Origin: an uncultured Eubacteriales bacterium
Lineage (GTDB): Bacteria > Bacteroidota > Bacteroidia > Bacteroidales > P3
Length of the DNA: 41,957 nt
Direction: 5' to 3'
Assembly (NCBI GenBank): GCA_963627985.1
Contig: CAVGDP010000017.1
Span: 1 to 41,957 of the forward strand
Positions 10,454 to 19,726 of this stretch are shown piece after piece. Both the position numbers and the translations under genes were made by a program. How positions within the stretch are numbered: position 1 is the first letter of the stretch; the number at the start of each line of letters is the position of its first letter. Under the pieces are notes generated by a model. The model was not told where the DNA came from and searched no databases. It was given only the letters and a program-made list of their open reading frames with translations.

Positions 10454-11404
10454 TTAATCCATTAGATTATCAATTAATATGTCTTCGTATTTCAAAAGAG
10501 GGTCAATATTTTTTCTATTTTTAGGAAAAAGACTTTCTATAACCCACGCATCAATATCATTAGAAAAACGATATTTATTTAATGCTAAACGATGTACAAA
10601 TTCTGTCATATATTTTCCCCAATCGGTCTCTGTATGAGCACGATAATAGGTTTGTAAGGCGTCTTTATATTCTTTTTTGATTACTCCTTTATCATCATAA
10701 ATACTAGTATTCTCCAAACCCTTCGTAAGAATGAAACAAAGTTCTTCTATTTCCCTTGTAACTAAATCATTACGAGAAAAATCTTTCACTCTATACAAAA
10801 GTTCATCACGCCATTGGATTCTATTCATTATTTCTTTGATAGAATATATTTGAGTTGCGTGTCTATAAGGAGGAAATTTCTCAAAAGTTGGAGGATAGTC
10901 GTATTCTTGAATCCAACGTGAGCGATAAAATCTATAATCGTCCGTTAGATATTTTTCTAATTTATCGAAAAGAAAATTAGGATTTACTACAACAGCGTAT
11001 GAAGTATCTTCAAAGGAAAATACTCTATAACCATATTTAGCATATTCTTTTTCAAAGGATTTCATACCGCTACGAATACCCCCAATTACTTCTATATCTT
11101 TTAGTTTTAAGGCACGAATTTCTTCATTTGACCAATGAACATGTAGAGTATTCGTTTTGTCCTCACAAGATATTTCATGATAGAAATAAAGTAATTGATA
11201 AGCCCAATCGGCACACTCTTTATCGTCCTTGAATTGCTCCTTGAACAAATCTATTGCCTTTAGGATAACGTCTCTTTCGGTAAAAGGTAATTTTGTTAAA
11301 TCGTTTGCAAATTTTTCTAACTTTTTATCATCAAGAAATTGTGTATTCTGTCCATAACAAAGCACACTAACAAACATAACTATTGCAAAAAATATTTTCT
11401 TCAT
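10454..11404 (-). CDS. secreted hypothetical protein
   Basis: The track ORF starts at a TTG (11413). The ATG at 11404 gives MKKIFFAIVMFVSVLCYGQ, a typical signal peptide. No family recognised. Confidence 0.6.
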   Translation of the reverse strand: MKKIFFAIVMFVSVLCYGQNTQFLDDKKLEKFANDLTKLPFTERDVILKAIDLFKEQFKDDKECADWAYQLLYFYHEISCEDKTNTLHVHWSNEEIRALKLKDIEVIGGIRSGMKSFEKEYAKYGYRVFSFEDTSYAVVVNPNFLFDKLEKYLTDDYRFYRSRWIQEYDYPPTFEKFPPYRHATQIYSIKEIMNRIQWRDELLYRVKDFSRNDLVTREIEELCFILTKGLENTSIYDDKGVIKKEYKDALQTYYRAHTETDWGKYMTEFVHRLALNKYRFSNDIDAWVIESLFPKNRKNIDPLLKYEDILIDNLMD

Positions 11405-11451
11405 ATCTCTCAATATTACTTTTTTAGTAAAAAAGCATTTAATTCGCCGTG

Positions 11452-11459
11452 CAAAGTTA
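11452..11459 (-). promoter_or_regulatory. TAnnTTTG -7 box for the 10454-11404 gene
   Basis: The minus strand reads TAACTTTG about 48 nt upstream of the ATG at 11404. Confidence 0.4.
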
Positions 11460-11521
11460 AGAAAATAATCTAAAACTTAACACAAAAAGCAAGAAAATTT
11501 GGTAGAAATAAAAATAAATTG

Positions 11522-11529
11522 TACTTTTG
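11522..11529 (+). promoter_or_regulatory. TAnnTTTG -7 box for the small ORF/efp unit
   Basis: TACTTTTG lies 27 nt upstream of the ATG at 11556. Confidence 0.45.
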
Positions 11530-11555
11530 CAATTCCATTTTAAAGCATTATAGAG

Positions 11556-11825
11556 ATGAATAAATTAATAATATCAAAATTTTTGGATACTTTATCACTT
11601 ATTGCGATGGTAGTTATATTTGCCTTGTATTTATTTCAAAAACCATCAGTTATATTACTTAGTATTTATTTGATATTAGTTGCTTTGATAAAAATGGGTG
11701 CTTCTATGATGAGGGCTTCGTATTATAGCAAATTATATAATGAAATCAAACAGGAGCGAGATATACTCAAAGAGCAGAATACATATTTGGAAAACGAGAT
11801 AAAACAAAATAATAATAAAAAATAA
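11556..11825 (+). CDS. small membrane protein with a C-terminal coiled-coil-like tail, function unknown
   Basis: 89 aa with two hydrophobic helices followed by a charged heptad-like tail (KLYNEIKQERDILKEQNTYLENEIKQ). It has its own promoter box and lies 15 nt upstream of efp. Confidence 0.5.
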   Translation: MNKLIISKFLDTLSLIAMVVIFALYLFQKPSVILLSIYLILVALIKMGASMMRASYYSKLYNEIKQERDILKEQNTYLENEIKQNNNKK

Positions 11826-11840
11826 AAAAAAGAGTAATTT

Positions 11841-12407
11841 ATGGCAACAACTGCAGATATTAAAAAGGGACTTTGTATTGAGATGAACGGAGATTTGCTT
11901 TCCGTTGTTGATTTTTTGCATGTTAAACCAGGTAAAGGAAGTGCTTTTGTACGTACTACATTGAAATCTTTCAAAACCGGAAGAACCTTAGAACATACTT
12001 TTCCTTCTGGCACAAAGATAGATATAGCACGAATAGAAAGAAGAACATATACGTTTTCTTATAAAGACGATTTAGGTTATCATTTTATGAACTCTGAAAC
12101 ATGGGAGGAAATAACTATTCAAGAGGATATAATCAACGCACCACAATTCCTAATGGAAGGACAAAGTGTGGAGATGCTAATTCATGCAGATACAGAGACT
12201 CCTTTAAGTTGTGAATTGCCTGCATTTGTAGAGATGACAATAGTATATACTGAACCGGGCGTAAAAGGTAATACGGCAACTAATGCAATGAAAGACGCTA
12301 CAGTAGATACAGGGGCAAAAGTAAGAGTACCTTTGTTTATAAATGAAGGAGAAAAAATCAAAGTAGATACTCGTACGGCAGAATATTCAGAAAGAGTTAA
12401 GAGTTAG
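11841..12407 (+). CDS. efp: translation elongation factor P
   Basis: 188 aa with the EF-P signature KPGKGSAFVRTTLK and the expected length. Confidence 0.97.
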   Translation: MATTADIKKGLCIEMNGDLLSVVDFLHVKPGKGSAFVRTTLKSFKTGRTLEHTFPSGTKIDIARIERRTYTFSYKDDLGYHFMNSETWEEITIQEDIINAPQFLMEGQSVEMLIHADTETPLSCELPAFVEMTIVYTEPGVKGNTATNAMKDATVDTGAKVRVPLFINEGEKIKVDTRTAEYSERVKS

Positions 12408-12430
12408 ATTTTTGATATTTTTGATTGAGA

Positions 12431-12466
12431 GTTCGGAACAAATCTTTGTTTCGGACTTCTTTTTTT
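12431..12466 (+). terminator. rho-independent terminator after efp
   Basis: GTTCGGAACAAA pairs with TTTGTTTCGGAC (two G-U pairs) and is followed by TTCTTTTTTT. Confidence 0.7.
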
Positions 12467-12717
12467 GTGGAATTGTATTTATTTCGATTTGAAATAATAA
12501 AATAGACCTTTGTATAATAATGATTTTATGGTTATTATAGGGGTTATTGATTTAGCTTAAAGTCTATATTATATATTATTAAAAGGCAATTAAACAGAAT
12601 TAATTGTTTATTGTTTTTAGATTATTTTTCCTTCCGTGAACCATTGCTTAAATTTTTACGATAGGGGAAATAGAACATTTTAAAGAAATAGAAAATAGAA
12701 TAGTATCGCATTTTATC

Positions 12718-12801
12718 AAAATAAAATCAATAATCATTCGAATAAAATCAATAACTATTCAGATAAAGTCAATAATTATTTTGATGATTTTAGTATCTAT
12801 T
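12718..12801 (+). repeat. 21-bp phased tandem array (3 good units plus 1 degenerate)
   Basis: Units are AAAATAAAATCAATAATCATT / CGAATAAAATCAATAACTATT / CAGATAAAGTCAATAATTATT / TTGATGATTTTAGTATCTATT, preceded by TTTATC as in the 27625 and 36580 arrays. Confidence 0.75.
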
Positions 12802-12811
12802 TTAATTATTA

Positions 12812-12904
12812 TATAATCAAATCATTATAAAGACGAAAGAATTGTCCATTTTTGCTCAAAATATACCTCTCAAAAATACATTTATAGGAAAAATAGAATA
12901 TTTT
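12812..12904 (+). repeat. conserved 3' module of the array element (copy 1)
   Basis: TATAATCAAAT (12812), TCTCAAAAATACA (12868) and AAATAGAATATTTT (12891) lie at offsets 0/56/79. The copy at 27844 has the same offsets. Confidence 0.65.
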
Positions 12905-13212
12905 TGGGTATTAGGATAAAGTAGAATTTTTGGTGTATATCTTGGCGATTAATCCGCAACGGGCGATGGTGGAGATTTTATGATATTTCCCGCTTATAAG
13001 TAGAGAATATTTTTGTAGCAAAAATTAAACAAATGAAATAAATCTATTGTGGGTAAAGTTATATATTAGAGCAATAAATAAAAGGTCTTATTTGGTATAT
13101 TTTACAAACGATAATATGCGGTGAATTTTTATGTTATGCAAAAAATTATACCCTCGTAATACAATAAAAATAAATTTTTTGTGTTATATACGTAATATTA
13201 TTTTGTGTAGTT

Positions 13213-16200
13213 ATGTTAAATAAGAGAATAAGCATCTTGTTATTGTTGTGTATAATGATAGGTTATAATCTTTATTCACAGGTAACTACCTATCCTCAAA
13301 ACAGCGTTTTGAATAGTGGTAAGTGGTATTCTGTAAGTGTGATAGAAGATGGTGTTTATAAACTCACGTATAACGATTTTATAAAATTAGGTGTTGATCC
13401 GCAAGATATTAATTGGGATAATCTATCTATATACGGCAATGGAGGGAAAGCAATAGGAGAAAATAAATCATCTTATACTTTTTCGGACTTAAAGGAGAAT
13501 GCGATCTTTGTAGATACGAAAGAGAATTGTGTCTTATTTTATGCAAAAGCAACTACACAAATAAATTATGATAAAAATACGGAAACCTTTTCTTTTACAC
13601 TTCACCCGTATGCTACATCTACCAAATATTTTATTACTTTCGATCCTAATATTGGACAGAAGAAAAGAATTACCACAATGACCGGTGTGCCGAGTGAGGT
13701 AAGTAAAGAAACTAATACTGTTAAAGGATTTGCTTATCACAAAAGAGAGTTGAATAATTTGTATCAATCGGGTAGATATTGGGTTGGAGAAAAATTTTTA
13801 TCTGTATCTGCTGACTTGCAAATACCGATGAATCTTACAAATATTCTCTCCTCGGATAGTGCTTTGGTTAAGATACAACTATTAACTAATAGTTCGCAAA
13901 AGAGTAGTTATGATATAAGTTTGAATAATAATCAAATAGGGTCGCTTAATATAGGAAACAGCAAAGGAGGTGGTCTATCTTCTGGGATTTTCTCTCAAAA
14001 GATGAAAATCTCTAATACCTCTAATAACTTTAATATTCACTTCAATTCCTCACTTTCAACAGCGGTTGGATATTTGGATTATATACTAATAAATTATACT
14101 CAAAAACTAACTCTAAATAATAATTATTTACATTTCTATTCAATAGGGCAGGAGGCAGAAAAGTCAATAAAATATAATGTAGATAATGTGCGTACGACAA
14201 ATGTAATGATATGGGACGTAACAGAGGCAAATAATATTAGAAAAGTAGATTATGCTACATTAAACGATAATATACTATCTTTTTATTTACCATCGGATAC
14301 GATTAGAGATATAGTTGTTTTGGCAAATTATTCTTTTCCTTCTCCGACATTAGAAGATACGGTAAAGAATCAAAATCTACACGGAATAGATTCTTCGGAA
14401 TTTATTATAATAACTCATCCAAAATTTATCAATCAAGCAGAAAGGTTGGCTGAAATCCATAGAAAATACGATAATATCAAAGTTAGTGTTGTTCAATTGC
14501 AAGAAGTTTTCAATGAGTTTTCTTCTGGAACAAAGGACTTTTTGGCAATAAGAGAGTTTATCGCTATGGTTTATAATAAGACTAATGGACAATATCCGCA
14601 AAATGTACTTCTGTTTGGCGATGGGACGTTTGATAATAAGAATATTTTGGGTTATGATAATAACTATGTGCCTACATATCAAAGTATAGTATATAATTTA
14701 TCGGGTGATAATAATTTTACCTCAGATGACGTATTGGCAGCCTTTGGAGTAAGTTCTACGAATAGTACGCAAGATACATTATTTGTTGGTATTGGTAGAA
14801 TTCCTGTTGTAGATACGAATCAGGCAAATATTGTTGTAGATAAATGCGAGAGATATATAACCAAATCGGATATTTTGGCAGGAGAATCGGGTGATTGGCG
14901 TAATGCAGTTCTTTTGACAAGTGATGATATGGACGAATCGTATGAAAAATATTTTAGAGATAATGCAGAGCATATTTTCTACCAAATAGAAGAGAGTAAT
15001 CCGGGTCTAAATGTTCAAAAGGTCTATGAAGACGCTTATAAAGAATATAATTCTTCTTCGGGATCTACATATCCTGACGCCTCGAAGGCAGTAAATGAAA
15101 GGATGAATAAAGGTTGTTTGTTGATGAATTATTTAGGACACGGTTCGCCCGATCATTTATCAAGTGAGAGGTTGATACAGATAACAGACATAACTTCTTG
15201 GAAAAATTATAATAAGTTGTGTTTGATGATTACTTCAACTTGTGAATTTAATCGCTTTGATTTGGCAGATAAACAATCAGCAGGTGAGTATGTTTTATTG
15301 AGTGAGAATGGTGCAGGTATTGGTTTGATTGCTGCTGCAAGAAAAATATCCTCTAATGATCCTATTAATCGTGCACTTTTTAGATTTGCGTTAGAAAAAC
15401 AAAGTAATGGTAAGAATTATACGTTTGGGCAAATTATGAAAAATGCTAAAAATTTGGTTAATACGGGTTATTATGGAAGTAGATTAACAACAGCCGAGCG
15501 TAGTATTACTTTTATAGGAGATCCTGCTTTGAGGTTATCTATACCAGAATACAATGTGAATACTTTGGATGTATCAGTATTAGGAGTAGAAAAGACTAAC
15601 AGCAAAGGTATTAGCGATACAATACGAGCATTATCTACCGTAACCGTTACAGGAGAGATAACGGACAATAACAATCAAAGAGTAGATTCTTTTAATGGAA
15701 CAATACAAGTATCTTTGTATGACAAGAAGTCGGTATATTATATGTTGAATAATACTAATTTGGATATAAGTAAAGAAGATCTTGCATTTGAACAACAGAA
15801 TAATGTATTACACAAAGGTATAGCGAAGGTAGAGAATGGATATTTTACTCATACATTCGTAGTACCAAAAGATATTGCTTACAATTATGGCAATGGCAAA
15901 TTGAGTTATTATGCTCAATCCGATTCTATGGATGCTACTGGATATTATAAAGATTTTATTTTGGGTGGTATAGATACCAATAATGTAGATACAATGGTGG
16001 CAAGACCGCAGTTAAGATTATATTTGAATGATACTAATTTTGTGAGTGGTGGTATAAGTAATGAAAATCCTAAATTATACGCTGTGGTTTTCGATTCCTT
16101 ACCTATTAATACAGTTGGTTCAGGTTTAGGACATAATATTGTTGCTCGTTTGGATAATGCCGCTAATACTTTTATTCTTAATGAATATTATGTTAAGAGT

Positions 16201-16650
16201 GAGGATGATGAAAATATTGGTTATATAACTTATCCTTTTGAAAGTCTAACTCAAGGAGAGCATACCTTAACTTTGAAAGTTTGGAATATATATAATCTTT
16301 CTGCCGAGCAGACTATTAAATTTGTTGTTAAAAATTCCAAAGAAGAGGAGTATGAAGCAATTGCTTATCCTAATCCTTTTAGAGATTTTGTAGATATAGA
16401 ACTTCGTTATAATCAACCTCAAACAATTAGTTCGGCTTATATCAAAATTTTCAATACTCAAGGAGCAATTGTTAATGAATTTGATATTTCCAACAAAATA
16501 GGTTCTTATACTATTGGTCCTATACATTGGGATGCTACAACTATAGGAGGAGCCAAAGTAAATGAAGGTATCTATTTTTATAATATTATCTTAAATACGA
16601 ATAATGGAGAAAAAATTGTGCGAGGTAACAAGATGATTCTTATAAAATAA
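13213..16650 (+). CDS. porU: type IX secretion system C-terminal-signal peptidase/sortase PorU (C25-like cysteine peptidase)
   Basis: 1145 aa with a signal peptide. Clan-CD-like His/Cys dyad contexts YLGHGSPD and ITSTCEFN are present, and the C-terminal domain starts AYPNPFRDFVDIEL (T9SS CTD-like). It sits immediately upstream of porV, the known synteny. Confidence 0.85.
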   Translation: MLNKRISILLLLCIMIGYNLYSQVTTYPQNSVLNSGKWYSVSVIEDGVYKLTYNDFIKLGVDPQDINWDNLSIYGNGGKAIGENKSSYTFSDLKENAIFVDTKENCVLFYAKATTQINYDKNTETFSFTLHPYATSTKYFITFDPNIGQKKRITTMTGVPSEVSKETNTVKGFAYHKRELNNLYQSGRYWVGEKFLSVSADLQIPMNLTNILSSDSALVKIQLLTNSSQKSSYDISLNNNQIGSLNIGNSKGGGLSSGIFSQKMKISNTSNNFNIHFNSSLSTAVGYLDYILINYTQKLTLNNNYLHFYSIGQEAEKSIKYNVDNVRTTNVMIWDVTEANNIRKVDYATLNDNILSFYLPSDTIRDIVVLANYSFPSPTLEDTVKNQNLHGIDSSEFIIITHPKFINQAERLAEIHRKYDNIKVSVVQLQEVFNEFSSGTKDFLAIREFIAMVYNKTNGQYPQNVLLFGDGTFDNKNILGYDNNYVPTYQSIVYNLSGDNNFTSDDVLAAFGVSSTNSTQDTLFVGIGRIPVVDTNQANIVVDKCERYITKSDILAGESGDWRNAVLLTSDDMDESYEKYFRDNAEHIFYQIEESNPGLNVQKVYEDAYKEYNSSSGSTYPDASKAVNERMNKGCLLMNYLGHGSPDHLSSERLIQITDITSWKNYNKLCLMITSTCEFNRFDLADKQSAGEYVLLSENGAGIGLIAAARKISSNDPINRALFRFALEKQSNGKNYTFGQIMKNAKNLVNTGYYGSRLTTAERSITFIGDPALRLSIPEYNVNTLDVSVLGVEKTNSKGISDTIRALSTVTVTGEITDNNNQRVDSFNGTIQVSLYDKKSVYYMLNNTNLDISKEDLAFEQQNNVLHKGIAKVENGYFTHTFVVPKDIAYNYGNGKLSYYAQSDSMDATGYYKDFILGGIDTNNVDTMVARPQLRLYLNDTNFVSGGISNENPKLYAVVFDSLPINTVGSGLGHNIVARLDNAANTFILNEYYVKSEDDENIGYITYPFESLTQGEHTLTLKVWNIYNLSAEQTIKFVVKNSKEEEYEAIAYPNPFRDFVDIELRYNQPQTISSAYIKIFNTQGAIVNEFDISNKIGSYTIGPIHWDATTIGGAKVNEGIYFYNIILNTNNGEKIVRGNKMILIK

Positions 16651-16732
16651 AGAAAATAAATTATTTGATAAATAATAAAAAAGTAAATATAACGTTTTAG
16701 AAAAATATAATAAAATAATAAAATAAACAATT

Positions 16733-17926
16733 ATGGAAATCAACAAAAAAATAATAGTTGTTACATTATTAACAATTGTGTCTATGTGTGGTTTTGCACA
16801 AACAAGTCCGAGTATTATTGATGATGAGGATTATCAAGCGAATGTATTGAGACAACAAAAAGAAGGAGCAAGAATAATTTCTACCGCTGTGCCATTATTA
16901 ACTATATCGCCAGATTCTCGTTCGGGATCTATGGGAGATGTAGGTGTTGCTTCAACGCCAGATGCTAATTCTAATCATTGGAATGCTGCGAAATTGGCTT
17001 TTGCAGACAAAAAGATATCAGCTTCGTTTACTTATTCACCATGGTTAAGAGACATAGTTGGAGATATAGATCTTGCTTATTTGGCAGGATATTATAAATT
17101 GGATAATAAAAGTGCGATAGGTTTTTCATTAACTTATTTTTCTTTGGGAAATATACAATTTACAGATCAACAAGGTTCTTCTATAGGAATATATAATCCT
17201 AATGAGCTTTCTATTGATTTGTCTTATTCTATGAAACTTACAGAGAATTTGTCGGCTTCTGTAACGGGTAGATATATTCGTTCGGATCTAACGCAAGGAC
17301 AAAATATTGGTACTACTTCTACACACGCTGCTAATGCAGTTGCTGCAGATTTGGGATTGTATTATCAAAAAGATATTGCGGCAGATAAGCCTCAACAAAT
17401 GGCATTTGGTATGCAAATCTCTAATTTGGGTAATAAAATGTCTTATTCAAATGATGATATGGAGTCAAGTTTTTTGCCTACTAATTTGCGTTTAGGAGGT
17501 AGATATACCTATAATATGGATCAGTTCAATAAATTTTCTTTCATGTTAGATTTGAATAAACTTTTGGTACCTACTCCTCCTATTAGAGACGATGAGGGGA
17601 ATGTTGTTTCGGGTAAAGAAAATGATATAAGTGTTGTAAAAGGAATATTTCAGTCTTTTTATGATGCTCCGGATGGATTTTCTGAAGAGATGAAAGAGAT
17701 TAATGTTTCTCTTGGTGGAGAATATTGGTATAGTGATATGTTAGCAGTTCGTGCTGGTTATTTCTATGAAAATAAGAAAAAAGGAGATAGACAGTATATT
17801 ACTATGGGTTTAGGTTTGAGATATAATTCATTAGGAATAGATGTTTCATATCTTGTACCGACCACATCACATAACACTAATCCATTAAAAAATACTTTGA
17901 GAGTTTCTTTGTCCTTTGATTTTTAA
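16733..17926 (+). CDS. porV: type IX secretion outer-membrane shuttle protein PorV (LptO)
   Basis: 397 aa with a signal peptide, beta-barrel-like alternating pattern and terminal ...LSFDF. Its position directly after porU fits PorV. Confidence 0.85.
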   Translation: MEINKKIIVVTLLTIVSMCGFAQTSPSIIDDEDYQANVLRQQKEGARIISTAVPLLTISPDSRSGSMGDVGVASTPDANSNHWNAAKLAFADKKISASFTYSPWLRDIVGDIDLAYLAGYYKLDNKSAIGFSLTYFSLGNIQFTDQQGSSIGIYNPNELSIDLSYSMKLTENLSASVTGRYIRSDLTQGQNIGTTSTHAANAVAADLGLYYQKDIAADKPQQMAFGMQISNLGNKMSYSNDDMESSFLPTNLRLGGRYTYNMDQFNKFSFMLDLNKLLVPTPPIRDDEGNVVSGKENDISVVKGIFQSFYDAPDGFSEEMKEINVSLGGEYWYSDMLAVRAGYFYENKKKGDRQYITMGLGLRYNSLGIDVSYLVPTTSHNTNPLKNTLRVSLSFDF

Positions 17927-17980
17927 TGTTTGGTTGTAGATAAATCTATAAAAAACAACTAAATATTTATTATTAGATTT

Positions 17981-18463
17981 ATGAAAATAAAAGTAGGCAT
18001 AGGGTACGATGTTCATAGATTAGAAGAAGGAAAGAAATTGTACTTGGGAGGAATAGAGATTATAAATTCTTCAATAGGTGCCGTTGGACATTCTGATGCG
18101 GATTGCTTAATACATTCTATAATAGACGCTCTATTAGGGGCGTCTAACTTAAGAGATATAGGGTTTCAATATCCGGATACAGATAATAAATATAAGGGTA
18201 TAGATAGCAAAGAATTATTAAAAGATACTTTTTCAAAGATTACAGACAAAGGATATACGATAGAAAATATAGATTCTATAATTTGTCTACAACAACCCAA
18301 GATTAGTCAATTCATTCCTCAAATGCAACAAACAATAGCAAACATACTTCATTTGGATACAGAGGATTTGACTATTAAGGCAACAACAACTGAAAAATTG
18401 GGTTTTGTTGGTACAAAAGATGGAATAGCAACATATAGTGTATGTCTTTTGAAAAAAATATGA
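17981..18463 (+). CDS. ispF: 2-C-methyl-D-erythritol 2,4-cyclodiphosphate synthase
   Basis: 160 aa with GYDVHRL and GHSDADCLIHSIIDALLGA, the IspF metal- and substrate-binding signatures. Confidence 0.96.
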   Translation: MKIKVGIGYDVHRLEEGKKLYLGGIEIINSSIGAVGHSDADCLIHSIIDALLGASNLRDIGFQYPDTDNKYKGIDSKELLKDTFSKITDKGYTIENIDSIICLQQPKISQFIPQMQQTIANILHLDTEDLTIKATTTEKLGFVGTKDGIATYSVCLLKKI

Positions 18464-18646
18464 GAAAATGTAACCTTATTATAGAATAATAAGTATAAGA
18501 TAAGAAGACAAAAAAAAGATTGAGAAATTAGTATTTAATAATATTTGGTGATATTTTTTTTAATAATTTTAGTGCTATGTCAGTTTTTTTTTGTAATATT
18601 GCAAATTGAAAAGTAAAACGAAATAAATAAAAATAAAATAGGACGT

Positions 18647-19660
18647 ATGTTTTTATTATCTATAATGAAAAAGAAAGTATTTTGGTTATTAATAGTGTGC
18701 GTAACAATAGCATACAACTCGAGTGTAAAGGCTCAAGATCCACATTTTTCTCAATTCTTTGCTAATCCGATATACACCAATCCAGCTTTTGCGGGCTCTG
18801 CTGTCTGTCCAAGAGTTGGTATTAGTTATAGAGATCAATGGCCATCATTAGGAGCTTTTAAGACTTTTTCGGCAGCGTACGACCAATATTTTGATGCCAT
18901 TTCTGGTGGTATTGGAGTTTATATTATGAGTGATAAGCAAAGTGATTTTTATAGAGTTAATTCTGCTGAGTTGATTTACTCTTTGCGTTTAAGACTAAAT
19001 AGAGATATAACTTTGAATCTTGCTGTTCAAGCAGACATAACGAATCATTCTTTGGATTGGGATCAATTAATCTTTCCAGATATGATAGATACTCGTTATG
19101 GACATATATATAGTACAACTTTGGCACAAAAGCCAGATGAGACTTCTAAAACTTATTTTGACGTGGGTGCAGGTGCTGTAGTATTTTCAGAAAATTGGTA
19201 CGCCGGTATTGCAGTTGTTAATTTATTGAGACCAGACGAAGGTTTTATTTCTTATAATCGTCTTCCTATTAAATTCACTGCTAATGCAGGTATGAAATTC
19301 AATCTTAGACGTGATACAAGAAGAACAAACGCATTCTTTGGTCAGCCGGTTATTTCACCAAATATAATTTATCAACATCAAGGTAAGTTCAATACTTTGA
19401 ATTATGGAGCGTATTTAGATTGGAGTCCATTTATTTTTGGAGCATGGTTTCGTCAGTCTATGTCTTTCAAAAATAGAGATGCTTTAGTTTTGTTGTTTGG
19501 TTTGGAGTGGAATAATTATAAGATAGGATATAGTTATGATATTACAGTGTCTTCTTTGTCAAACGTTTCGGGTGGAGCCCACGAGATTTCTTTAGGAGCA
19601 AAATTCCCATGTCCACAAAAACATAAGAAGATAAGAGCTATAAAATGTCCATCTTTCTAA
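18647..19660 (+). CDS. PorP/SprF family type IX secretion membrane protein
   Basis: Family-typical N-terminus AQDPHFSQFFANPIYTNPAFAG follows the signal peptide, and the beta-barrel-like protein ends in Phe. The true start may be the second ATG at 18665 (MKKKVFWLLIV...). Confidence 0.86.
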   Translation: MFLLSIMKKKVFWLLIVCVTIAYNSSVKAQDPHFSQFFANPIYTNPAFAGSAVCPRVGISYRDQWPSLGAFKTFSAAYDQYFDAISGGIGVYIMSDKQSDFYRVNSAELIYSLRLRLNRDITLNLAVQADITNHSLDWDQLIFPDMIDTRYGHIYSTTLAQKPDETSKTYFDVGAGAVVFSENWYAGIAVVNLLRPDEGFISYNRLPIKFTANAGMKFNLRRDTRRTNAFFGQPVISPNIIYQHQGKFNTLNYGAYLDWSPFIFGAWFRQSMSFKNRDALVLLFGLEWNNYKIGYSYDITVSSLSNVSGGAHEISLGAKFPCPQKHKKIRAIKCPSF

Positions 19661-19726
19661 TATAAATTGTAACAAAAAGAATATTTTTTGCGTATTAATA
19701 AGTAAGAATAAAAAAAGAATAATAAT

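Noticed and set aside
12941-12990. GC-richer patch (GGCGATTAATCCGCAACGGGCGATGGTGGAG...TTTCCCGC) in the efp-porU spacer. GGGCGAT also occurs at 38492-38498 upstream of the MFS gene. I considered a small RNA or riboswitch.
   Set aside because: I could not find a convincing extended helix or terminator, or any match to an RNA family I know. The shared 7-mer is too short to be meaningful without a search.
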